DNA of 64,000 bases from Desulfobacterales bacterium (GTDB lineage: Bacteria; Desulfobacterota; Desulfobacteria; Desulfobacterales; UBA5852), in the NCBI GenBank assembly GCA_963674755.2, contig CAXXVS010000002.1, forward strand, positions 1,792,001-1,856,000. The letters are read 5' to 3'. The position numbers and the translations under genes were made by a program. The notes below the pieces were generated by a model, which saw only the letters and a program-made list of their open reading frames with translations, ran no database searches and was not told the origin of the DNA. Numbering within the stretch: the first letter of the stretch is position 1; each line of letters starts with the position of its first letter. Shown piece after piece: positions 10,096 through 18,379 of the stretch.

Positions 10096-10310
10096 GCGGT
10101 TCCTCCTCACGCTGATCAATTCGCTTTCAATCCGATGCTGGATCCTTGCCCTCTGAGATCAACCGTCAAGCTCTCACCCCTATGCGGCGCCACAAGGCCC
10201 GAGAAGCATAGCGTTCCTCGTCTGTCAGGATGCCGTCACTTCGGCTTTCAGATAAAACATGGCGCCTCCTTTTACGACTCATGGATTGGTCTGTTTCCCC
10301 TCATCACCAA

Positions 10311-10325
10311 GCAATCCGGATGCCA
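10311..10325 (-). promoter_or_regulatory. Sigma54 (-24/-12) promoter upstream of the KH gene
   Basis: Minus strand reads TGGCATC-CGGA-TTGC (GG-N10-GC). Confidence 0.7.
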
Positions 10326-10724
10326 ACTTTTTAGCCCTTGAGGAAATAGGCGCTTGGCGGTCCGACGATGTCTTGCGAAAGCCCGGTCTATAGATCGGCG
10401 CCGGCCCCCATTGGCAGTCCATTGCGTAGCCACCGCAGACGCCGGGCTTCAGACGCCATGCGACCCGCGCAAGCCGGCGCGACGAACGGCCCAAAACACA
10501 ACGTCAGGATCAGCCAAACCTGAAGATCAGGAGACCTCCAACGTCTGCTTCCTGAAAAAAGGCGGAAATGGGGCTTCGGATTTTCGAACCTGGCCGCCGG
10601 AAACAAGGTGTTTTGTCGTTATCGTTTAGCAGGGACGATCCCCCGCCTTTACAGCCCTGCCCTCTCCGGATCATATGAAGATGATGAACCGCTTGCCCTA
10701 AACGACAGCGAAGCCCGCGGCACA

Positions 10725-10739
10725 TGGCACACTAATTGC
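10725..10739 (+). promoter_or_regulatory. Sigma54 promoter upstream of the 10803 gene
   Basis: TGGCACA-CTAA-TTGC. Confidence 0.7.
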
Positions 10740-10802
10740 CAGAAACGTTATGCATACCCTCCCTCGCGGTGGAGGCCACATCAGAAGAGACGATCGCGAC
10801 CC

Positions 10803-11048
10803 ATGAGCGATTCCGAACTCAAAACAATCCGAGGCATCGTGATCCCGACGGATTGGCATGACAACGGTCATCCCCGTTCGGTAGCCATTGCAACCTATCG
10901 GGAAAACAAATACATGGTCGCCGATAGCCCGCAAAGCCGCCAACTGCTCTTGCTGCTCAACCAACGCGTCGTGGTGTCCGGAACGGTTTGTCGTAGAGCG
11001 GAAACCCTGGTGATCGATGTTGGGGATTTCTACTTGGACAGCCCTTGA
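10803..11048 (+). CDS. Small cytoplasmic OB-fold-like hypothetical protein
   Basis: TIRGIV...YMVAD...NQRVVVSGTV...IDVGDF, the same pattern as the proteins at 9248 and 12062. Confidence 0.7.
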   Translation: MSDSELKTIRGIVIPTDWHDNGHPRSVAIATYRENKYMVADSPQSRQLLLLLNQRVVVSGTVCRRAETLVIDVGDFYLDSP

Positions 11049-11222
11049 GAATGGCCGATATCTTTGCTGATCAGAGGCTGTCAATACGTCAGCGCCTTAC
11101 AGCGGAGATCCAATGGACTCCCTCCCCCCCCACTCTAAAACAGCAACGTGTCGATAAAGGCATTGAAACGCCGCAGGCGGCGGGTAGCAACAATAGCCAA
11201 ACAGCACACAGGAGAACAACCG

Positions 11223-11513
11223 ATGAAAAAGACCGCCAAAATGAAATCCAGCAGACGTCGGGTGAGTTTTTCCCTGAACGCTCCCCACGCGCGGCAGGTC
11301 GCGCTGGTGGGGGACTTCAATGCATGGGATCCCCAAAAGCACCTCATGGAAAAGGGGGCGGATGGCGTCTGGGAAAAAACAGTCATTCTGGAACCGGGAA
11401 CCTACGAATACAAGTTCTATCAGGACAGCCAGTGGATCGTAGATCCCCAAAACGTCCAGCAATGCCCCAACCGCTTCGGCACCCGCAACAGCATGGTGGT
11501 GATAACGCCATAA
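11223..11513 (+). CDS. Second stand-alone glycogen-binding (CBM48/AMPK-beta-like) protein
   Basis: VALVGDFNAW...LEPGTYEYKF...WIVDP...FGTRNS; RBS aggag. Confidence 0.9.
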   Translation: MKKTAKMKSSRRRVSFSLNAPHARQVALVGDFNAWDPQKHLMEKGADGVWEKTVILEPGTYEYKFYQDSQWIVDPQNVQQCPNRFGTRNSMVVITP

Positions 11514-11760
11514 GGGCGCATGGCGGCCGATCCACCCGGACGACGTCCACGGCATGCTGCTGGCCAAGGGTATTCTGAGACCCAGCGCGGGGGCGCCACC
11601 TCGCATGGGGATGCGGGGCATTCGTCTGGGGATCTCCTTCCCGGCAGGCGTCAAGATGAAGGTATGAGCCATATTCGATGCCGCCTGCCGCCAGGCCGAT
11701 CGCGGGATCCGTGTTAAACCCGGGATCATGATTCCCCTGACCGGGCCCTGAACCGAGTCG

Positions 11761-11896
11761 GACATGGCATGTCCCAGGCAGGTTTTTAGCCGGCCGCGGC
11801 TCGGACATTCAGCTTCCTGTCTTACCCGGCCACAACCCGTCGGCATTGCCAATCGGCAATAAAATAGAAGTCTTATCCACTTGGCACATGATTTGA
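11761..11896 (+). promoter_or_regulatory. Palindromic upstream site plus sigma54-like promoter for the 12062 gene
   Basis: GGACAT-ggc-ATGTCC palindrome at about 11760-11774. TGGCACA-TGAT-TTGA at 11882-11896 has GA instead of GC at -12. Confidence 0.5.
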
Positions 11897-12061
11897 ATTA
11901 ATCGGCAATCGTCCAGGTGCAGCCGATATGGGCCACACAGGCCGTCCCCTCGGTTTCGTATGGACATATTGGTCGGCCTCCGTTGTTCCAAAGCCAAACT
12001 TGATCATAGCCGGACAGCAGGGCCGACTCGTAACAACTCACACCCAAGAGGAGGTTTCCAA

Positions 12062-12337
12062 ATGAAACGCAAGGCACTTATCAGTTTGTTGACCGTCATC
12101 GCCCTGGTGTTCGCCACCGGCGTGGCCATGGCCGCCGAGGCCGTTACCATCCAGGGACAGGTAAATGAGGAGAACCAGCTCGTCGACCAGGACGGCAATG
12201 TCTATACGATTGCCGACACCGAGGAAGGCATGAAGGTCATGGACATGGTCGGGGAAAAGGTGGAGGTTAAGGGCACCGTGCAGGAAGACATGGGGGATAA
12301 AGAAATCACAGTGGAATCCTTCAGCGTCCTCAAATAG
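12062..12337 (+). CDS. Small exported OB-fold-like protein
   Basis: Sec signal ending AMA; acidic mature part TIQGQV...YTIAD...GEKVEVKGTV...ITVESF; RBS gaggagg. Confidence 0.85.
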   Translation: MKRKALISLLTVIALVFATGVAMAAEAVTIQGQVNEENQLVDQDGNVYTIADTEEGMKVMDMVGEKVEVKGTVQEDMGDKEITVESFSVLK

Positions 12338-12352
12338 GCAAAACCGCTTGTC

Positions 12353-12385
12353 ACCGTCCGGGGAAACACGTTCTCCGGACGGTTT
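12353..12385. terminator. Hairpin between convergent genes
   Basis: accgtccggggaa-acacg-ttctccggacggt followed by tt. Confidence 0.55.
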
Positions 12386-12523
12386 CGTAAAATGGCCAAG
12401 GCACGGTTTGCATAAGCTGTGAGGAAAGTCGCCCGTGATAGGCTGTCAGCGACGGCAGCGCACCGCCATGGGCCGGTGGAACGATGGCAACACAACGCCG
12501 TGAGGGAGCGTTTTGCGAACGCG

Positions 12524-12862
12524 TCAGTAGAATGGCAGAATCCGCTGGCGCCCCACCCGAAACCCGTCATCCTCATCGTGGGACGGGCTTTCCAGGCACC
12601 AGCGCACCTTGGCGGTAACCATGTTGAACTGGCCGGCCTCAGAGGGCCAGCAGGATGCCTCCTGGGATGACGCAGGGGATACCCGCAGCAGGACAACATC
12701 GCCCTTTCTCATGGCCACCGGTGAGAACAAGCCGACCCCGCCCTGGTTGCAGTCCAGCAAGACACCCTCAGCGCGCAGCTCCGGGTGACAATGCCATCGG
12801 ATTTCCACCGCGGCATGTCGCACGAAGCGTTTGGTCAACCGTTTTTCGTTCTTAACGTCCAT
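12524..12862 (-). CDS. PilZ-domain protein
   Basis: RLTKR (RxxxR) and DCNQGG (DxxxxG), plus AKVRWC. Confidence 0.8.
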   Translation of the reverse strand: MDVKNEKRLTKRFVRHAAVEIRWHCHPELRAEGVLLDCNQGGVGLFSPVAMRKGDVVLLRVSPASSQEASCWPSEAGQFNMVTAKVRWCLESPSHDEDDGFRVGRQRILPFY

Positions 12863-12946
12863 TCTGGAGAGTCCCCCAGACCTTCAATGCGAAGGGGCTT
12901 TGACCGCCCGCGCCCAAGCCCAAGGCCCCCAGCGCACCCCCGCACC

Positions 12947-13393
12947 TTAAACGATGTCGCCCTCACCTCGGATGCTCAGGACCGGGATCGGACTGCGTCG
13001 GAACATCTTGTGAGCGCAGGAGCCCACAATGGCGTCCATAAGATTGCTGCGCCCTTTGGTCGCCATGACGAGAAGATCAGGCTTGCGGCTTTCAATAACC
13101 CCGAGGAGTTCCTGGTAGGGGACCCCGATGTGTATCACGGTGCTCACAGTCCCCTGGTTGCCGCCGGCCATTCTGATCAGCTTCTGAAACCCCTCCTCGC
13201 GGTCCTTCCTCATCTCCTCCAGGTGGGTTTCGAGGGAAAACGCCGGAGCTTCACGCGCCACTCTTTTCAGCATATCGACGTCCCGCTGATTGATGACGTT
13301 TACCAGCAGCAGATCAGCCCCCACGTCTTCGGCCAACCGGGCCGCGTATTTGACGGCGACCGGTGAATAATCGGAGAAGTCGACGGCCACCAT
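12947..13393 (-). CDS. Universal stress protein (Usp); native start appears damaged
   Basis: VAVDFS...DLLVMATKGRS...IVGSCAHKMFRRSPIPVL. Confidence 0.9.
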   Translation of the reverse strand: MVAVDFSDYSPVAVKYAARLAEDVGADLLLVNVINQRDVDMLKRVAREAPAFSLETHLEEMRKDREEGFQKLIRMAGGNQGTVSTVIHIGVPYQELLGVIESRKPDLLVMATKGRSNLMDAIVGSCAHKMFRRSPIPVLSIRGEGDIV

Positions 13394-13611
13394 GATCTTA
13401 TTGATGGTTTTTCGGGAGGAATGATATGATCATGTCGGTCGCGGTGGGATCGGCACCCCCTGACAAATCGCTCCCAATCGTCCTCCCATTGCGCGTTATA
13501 TGCCCTTCCTCCTTTTTTGCTTGACAATCCTTCATTAATATAGCTCTATGAAATCATTCAATTTTACCCCACATAACGATATCCAATCCGTTCGCCCTGC
13601 GGGGCACCTCA

Positions 13612-15012
13612 ATGGACCGCGTACTCATCATATCTTCTAGCCGGGACATGGTTGCGCTGATGCGTGAAAACCACCCCGATCTTTCTGACTGCGTTCAGGT
13701 CGAGACCCTGCCTGCGGCATTGCAAAAGCACAGTCAGTCGCCTTTCGATCTGATTTTTGTGGATCTCGACCAGTTCGACATGTCTTCCAACAAGTCCTTA
13801 AACGGTGAAACGATTCTGTCCTTCAAAAAAAACAACCCCGTGGCCAAATTGATCCTGCTCACTTCCCGGGAAGCCATCCGCGATACCTTTCACCTGATCA
13901 AGGCCGGCGCGGACAACTATTTGACCGTGCCGGTCAGCAAACACGAGCTGCGGCTGGTCCTGGCGGCCTGTCGGGATGACGTCAGTCATGCCTTGGAATT
14001 GGATTATCTGCGCGACCGCTTCTGGAAGGCCGAGTGGCTCGAGGTCGTTCGCTCCCGCAATCCCGCCATGCAGGAGGTCTTCGAGAAAATTCGCGCCGTA
14101 GCCCCCACGATCGCTACGGTCCTGCTTCTGGGGGAGACCGGAACCGGGAAGGGGCTATTGGCGCGGCTAACGCACTGGCACAGTCTGCGCTGCGACAAAC
14201 CCTTTATCGCGGTGCACTGTGGCGCCATAACCGAAACCCTGATCGAGAGCGAGCTCTTCGGCCACGAACAAGGCGCCTTTACCGGTGCCGTCCGCAAAAA
14301 ACTGGGAAAATTCGAGGTGGCGCGCAAAGGCACCATCTTCCTTGACGAAATCGGCACCATCACCCCATCCGTACAAATCAAGCTGTTGCAGGTGCTTCAG
14401 GACGGCAGCTTCAGCCGGGTCGGCGGCGAAGAAACCCTTCACACCGACGCCCGGGTCATCTTTGCCACCAACGCCGATCTCGAAAAGCTGGTGACCGAGG
14501 GCCGCTTCCGCAAAGATCTTTACTATCGTGTCAAAATTTTTCCGATCGAGATCCCGGCCCTCAAGGAACGTACCGAAGATCTGCCCTACTTGACGGAAGC
14601 CTTTCTGCAAAGGCTGAATCAGCGTTACAACAAGGCCATCAAGGGGCTGCACCCCGCCGTGGTGGCAGCGTTCCGAACCTATGGATGGCCCGGGAATGTA
14701 CGCGAGCTCGAAAATGTGATGGAAAGGGCCTATATCCTGGAGCGCTCGGATATGCTGATGCCCCAGAACTTCCCCGCCGACATGATGCCTGCAGAGGGCG
14801 TCGTATTGAATGGTAAGCCTTTGGACGCACTGTCTCTGGCCGAAGCCCGTCAACTGGCCGTCGAAGATGTTGAACGGCATTATCTCCGGGATCTGCTGGC
14901 CCGGAACAAAGGCCGCATCAACCTATCCGCCCGCCAGGCCCGGATCACGCCCCGTCAGTTGAACCGTCTGATGAACCGCTACAACATCTGCAAGGAAAAC
15001 TACAAGTCCTGA
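13612..15012 (+). CDS. Sigma54-dependent transcriptional activator with atypical receiver domain
   Basis: GETGTGKG, ESELFGHEQGAFTGA, FLDEI, WPGNVREL and a Fis-like C-terminus. Confidence 0.95.
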   Translation: MDRVLIISSSRDMVALMRENHPDLSDCVQVETLPAALQKHSQSPFDLIFVDLDQFDMSSNKSLNGETILSFKKNNPVAKLILLTSREAIRDTFHLIKAGADNYLTVPVSKHELRLVLAACRDDVSHALELDYLRDRFWKAEWLEVVRSRNPAMQEVFEKIRAVAPTIATVLLLGETGTGKGLLARLTHWHSLRCDKPFIAVHCGAITETLIESELFGHEQGAFTGAVRKKLGKFEVARKGTIFLDEIGTITPSVQIKLLQVLQDGSFSRVGGEETLHTDARVIFATNADLEKLVTEGRFRKDLYYRVKIFPIEIPALKERTEDLPYLTEAFLQRLNQRYNKAIKGLHPAVVAAFRTYGWPGNVRELENVMERAYILERSDMLMPQNFPADMMPAEGVVLNGKPLDALSLAEARQLAVEDVERHYLRDLLARNKGRINLSARQARITPRQLNRLMNRYNICKENYKS

Positions 15013-15179
15013 GGCCCTCCCCCGCCGTCATGACGACCGTCCTGATAAAAGCCCGCAGCGGCGCGGACATGACAAAATACGGCGCTATCAGTGACAGATT
15101 GCGTCAGAAAGAAGTACTCCAAATTTTGTCGTTTTCTTTATCCCGCTGGAATCGTGCCGGAAATCCCAAGAGATAAATC

Positions 15180-15194
15180 TGGTACAAAGTTTGC
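15180..15194 (+). promoter_or_regulatory. Sigma54 promoter in the intergenic region
   Basis: TGGTACA-AAGT-TTGC (GG-N10-GC). Confidence 0.6.
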
Positions 15195-15205
15195 TACACT
15201 CCACA

Positions 15206-15460
15206 AGCAAATGGCGGTCAAGGGATCGAAACCGACACCGCTTGTTGGCAACCACTCTTGACGAATCTTGCTGCACGATCCCTTGACCGCCGTCAAACGT
15301 TTTCTTTCACCCTCCTTTTCGTTTTAGGGGCAAGGCATGGGGCCTTGCCCCGCCTAACCAAGACGAAAATGATTTGACAGGCGGATAGACGGGCCAGGGC
15401 AGGGAAGATAAATTGACTGGGTTTCGGTGATGGCGGGGCAGAAATGCCCCGCCCTTTTTT
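15206..15460 (+). ncRNA. Candidate structured non-coding RNA
   Basis: Lies between the promoter motif and a terminator. Has a perfect 16-bp stem (15213-15228/15276-15291) and a 10-bp hairpin at about 15326-15350. No convincing ORF. Confidence 0.45.
15432..15460 (+). terminator. Rho-independent terminator
   Basis: ggcggggca-gaaa-tgccccgcc-c-tttttt. Confidence 0.8.
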
Positions 15461-15816
15461 GGGCCTCCGGTCGATTTCCGCTGCGTGCCCCTCTTCCATC
15501 GCCCCTTATCGAGGGCGTCCGTCCCCCCCCTCCTGAACAATTGACCATGTGAACCCCTCCTTATGACGAGGGAAAAAGCACCGGGAAAGGGCCGTTTCAA
15601 CAACATCTTTTCCGGCATCGATCAATTTACCGGTGTCGCCGTCGACCGTAAACGCAGCACATTGATCCCCGTGGCAACCAGGAATTTCTCTCCCCCTTAT
15701 CGTGATCCGATAGATTGATCCAATTTTTACCCCACCTTTACACAAGCATTATCTCCCAGCCTTATCTTGCAGGTCATCAACCCTCCCGCACAGGAGAAAA
15801 GAAAGGAAGGTGAACG

Positions 15817-16245
15817 ATGAAATCCATACAAACGGCTCTATCGATTATGTTGGGTTTGATTCTGCTGGCTGGGGTGGCGGCGTGCGCCGGCACTGATACC
15901 ATGATGGAAAGCCCCATGGATACCGCCATGGACGGAATGCTGATCGGCAGCGAAGGGCATCACGCCGCGGGCAAAGTGACGATCGAGAAGGGAATGGGGA
16001 ACCAATCCGTGCTGACCCTGAGCGATATCGATATCGACACGGTTCCGGATGGCTATGTCTACCTGACCAAAGGCGCGGACTGGATGCACGGCGTGGAATT
16101 GGGCCGGCTGAATCAATTTTCCGGCACGGTTTCCTTCGACCTGCCACCCGGGGTCAATACGGATGATTTCGACAGTGTGGTCGTTTGGTGCAAAAAATTC
16201 AACACCGAAATCGCACGCGCCACCTTGCCGAAAAAGATGATGTAG
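15817..16245 (+). CDS. DM13-domain lipoprotein
   Basis: Lipobox VAAC; PDGYVYL...LGRL...FDLP...SVVVWCKKF. Confidence 0.85.
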   Translation: MKSIQTALSIMLGLILLAGVAACAGTDTMMESPMDTAMDGMLIGSEGHHAAGKVTIEKGMGNQSVLTLSDIDIDTVPDGYVYLTKGADWMHGVELGRLNQFSGTVSFDLPPGVNTDDFDSVVVWCKKFNTEIARATLPKKMM

Positions 16246-16402
16246 GGCGCGATCCGTCCTATGGGCGCATGGGGCTGCCGGATCTTCTCATTTCCGAAGA
16301 AAATTGCAGGCCGACACCAACCTCACTGTCTGCCGGCGCCTCTTCTCCGTCCGGCGACCCCTGCGCCGTTTCAAGAAAACCGCCCTATTGATGCAGCCTG
16401 CT

Positions 16403-18055
16403 TTATGTAAACATGTCGCCGTAGGTCTGGCGCATGTCCCGCTTCAATATCTTGCCGGTGGGGGTCTTGGGCAGGGCCTCCACGAAGACCACGCTCTTGG
16501 GCACCTTGAAGCCGGCCAGCTCCTTGCGGCACAGGGCCATGATCTCCTCTTCGGCAATGGTCTCGCCCTTGCGGGGCACCACCACGGCGGTAACGGCCTC
16601 CACCCATTTGGGGTGCGGGGTGCCGATCACGGCCACCTCTTCCACGCGTTTGTCCAGGTAGATGGCTTCTTCCACTTCCCGGGTGGCCACGTTCTCCCCG
16701 CCGGTCTTGATCATGTCTTTCTTGCGGTCCACCACCGTGATGTAGCGGTCTTCATCCAGCACACCGATGTCGCCGGAGTGGAACCAGCCGCCCTGCATGG
16801 CCACCTCGGTCTTTTCGGGATCTTTGAAATACATGATCAGGGCGTGGGGGCCTTTGCCGCAGATCTCACCCGGAGCGCCCACGGCGTCGATGGACTGGAA
16901 GGCATCGTCCTCCAGGCGGCTTTCCATGTTGAGGCCCGCCATGCCGGCGGAACCGAGCTTGACCAGGGCGTCTTCGGCCTTGAGGATGGTATGGTAAGGG
17001 GCCAGCTCGGTCTGGCCGTAGTAGTTGTATACCTTGCTGCCGGGCAGCCGCTCCATGATCTCCTTGAGCACTTCCACCGGCATGATGGAAGCCCCGTAGT
17101 AGCACTTGGTGAGGCAGGAGAGATCGTAGTTGTCGAAATCCGGGTGGCGCAAAAGTCCGATCCAGACCGTGGGCGGAGCAAAAAACATGTTGGCCCGGTA
17201 GCGGTCGATGGTCTGGAGGATCTGGCCGATGTCCGGGGCCATGAGGATGTTGGTGCCGCCGACATAGAAGGTCGGGTTCATGAAAACGTCGCGCTGGGCG
17301 CAGTGGTAGATGGGCAGGGCATTGACGTTGATGTCGTGGGTCTCGTAGCCCCCGTCGATGATGGCCCCCATATATTGGGCGATGAGGGCCTGGTTGCTGA
17401 TGATGACGCCCTTGGGCAGGGATTCGGTGCCACTGGTGTAAGTCATCTGGCAGGGATCTTCGATGTGGAGAATGACGTCCGGCTCGTCGGCCGGAGCGTT
17501 TTCCATCCAGGCATCGAAGGCGAGGAAACGGTCGTCCACCGGCGCTTGACCGGCGCCCTGGTCGGACCAGACCAGTTTTTCGACCGACGGCATTTCGCCC
17601 AGAACTTCCTCCACCAGCCCGTAGAGGGCATCTTCCACGATGAAGACCTTGCTCTCGGAATGGTTGATGCAGTAGGCGATGTCCGGCCCGCGCAGGAGAT
17701 AGTTGATGGCCAGGTAGACCGCTCCGATCTTGCAGCATCCCAGCCAGGTCAGCACATGGTGCAGGGTGTTGTGGGCCAGGATGGCCACCCGATCGTACTT
17801 GGCCACCCCCAGCCCGGCAAGCGCATTGGCCGTGCGGTTGCAGGCCTCCTCCAGTTCGGCGTAGGTTAAAGACGTGTCTCCGAAAATAAGGGCCGTCTTA
17901 TCGGGGTAATGATAGGCCGTGCGGCGCACCATATCCGCGATCACCCACCGGTTGACCCGGTTGTAGCGGTCCATCAGGAATTCCAGGTTTTCTTTGTTCA
18001 AAACAGTGAAGCGCGCTTTTTCCTCGTCGGTCATGGGTCTGGCATTGTCCGTCAT
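16403..18055 (-). CDS. Acyl-CoA synthetase (AMP-binding, long-chain fatty acid-CoA ligase-like)
   Basis: YTSGTESLPKG, YGQTE, WFHSGD, DRKKDMIKTGGENV and LPKTPTGK. Start uncertain (18079, 18055 or 18034). Confidence 0.95.
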   Translation of the reverse strand: MTDNARPMTDEEKARFTVLNKENLEFLMDRYNRVNRWVIADMVRRTAYHYPDKTALIFGDTSLTYAELEEACNRTANALAGLGVAKYDRVAILAHNTLHHVLTWLGCCKIGAVYLAINYLLRGPDIAYCINHSESKVFIVEDALYGLVEEVLGEMPSVEKLVWSDQGAGQAPVDDRFLAFDAWMENAPADEPDVILHIEDPCQMTYTSGTESLPKGVIISNQALIAQYMGAIIDGGYETHDINVNALPIYHCAQRDVFMNPTFYVGGTNILMAPDIGQILQTIDRYRANMFFAPPTVWIGLLRHPDFDNYDLSCLTKCYYGASIMPVEVLKEIMERLPGSKVYNYYGQTELAPYHTILKAEDALVKLGSAGMAGLNMESRLEDDAFQSIDAVGAPGEICGKGPHALIMYFKDPEKTEVAMQGGWFHSGDIGVLDEDRYITVVDRKKDMIKTGGENVATREVEEAIYLDKRVEEVAVIGTPHPKWVEAVTAVVVPRKGETIAEEEIMALCRKELAGFKVPKSVVFVEALPKTPTGKILKRDMRQTYGDMFT

Positions 18056-18379
18056 GGCGGGGCTCCCTTGGATTGGCATGAATGGATAAGATCACAATTA
18101 TCCGCCGCCGGGATCGCTGTCAAACGATTTAGCCGCTCCCGGTTATGCCTCGATCAGATTTCCCGGGATGAACCCCAGAAGGCTGGTGGACTGATGTAAA
18201 GCCTGGGGGGCGTTTCGGAGCGGAGCATGGCGTCAGGCCGGCAAGGCCTGCTTCCTGCGAAGCGGCGTACCTCATTCAATCGATCAAAACCGACGACCAT
18301 CCCATCCGGTGTGCGTCCAAAGGCGGTCGTTTGGGGTACCCGCCGGAGCCCAAGGATGTCATCTCCGGAGGGGCATTCG

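Noticed and set aside
16304..17869. 521-aa plus-strand ORF
   Set aside because: Antisense shadow of the acyl-CoA synthetase with no motifs; expected from GC-rich codon bias.
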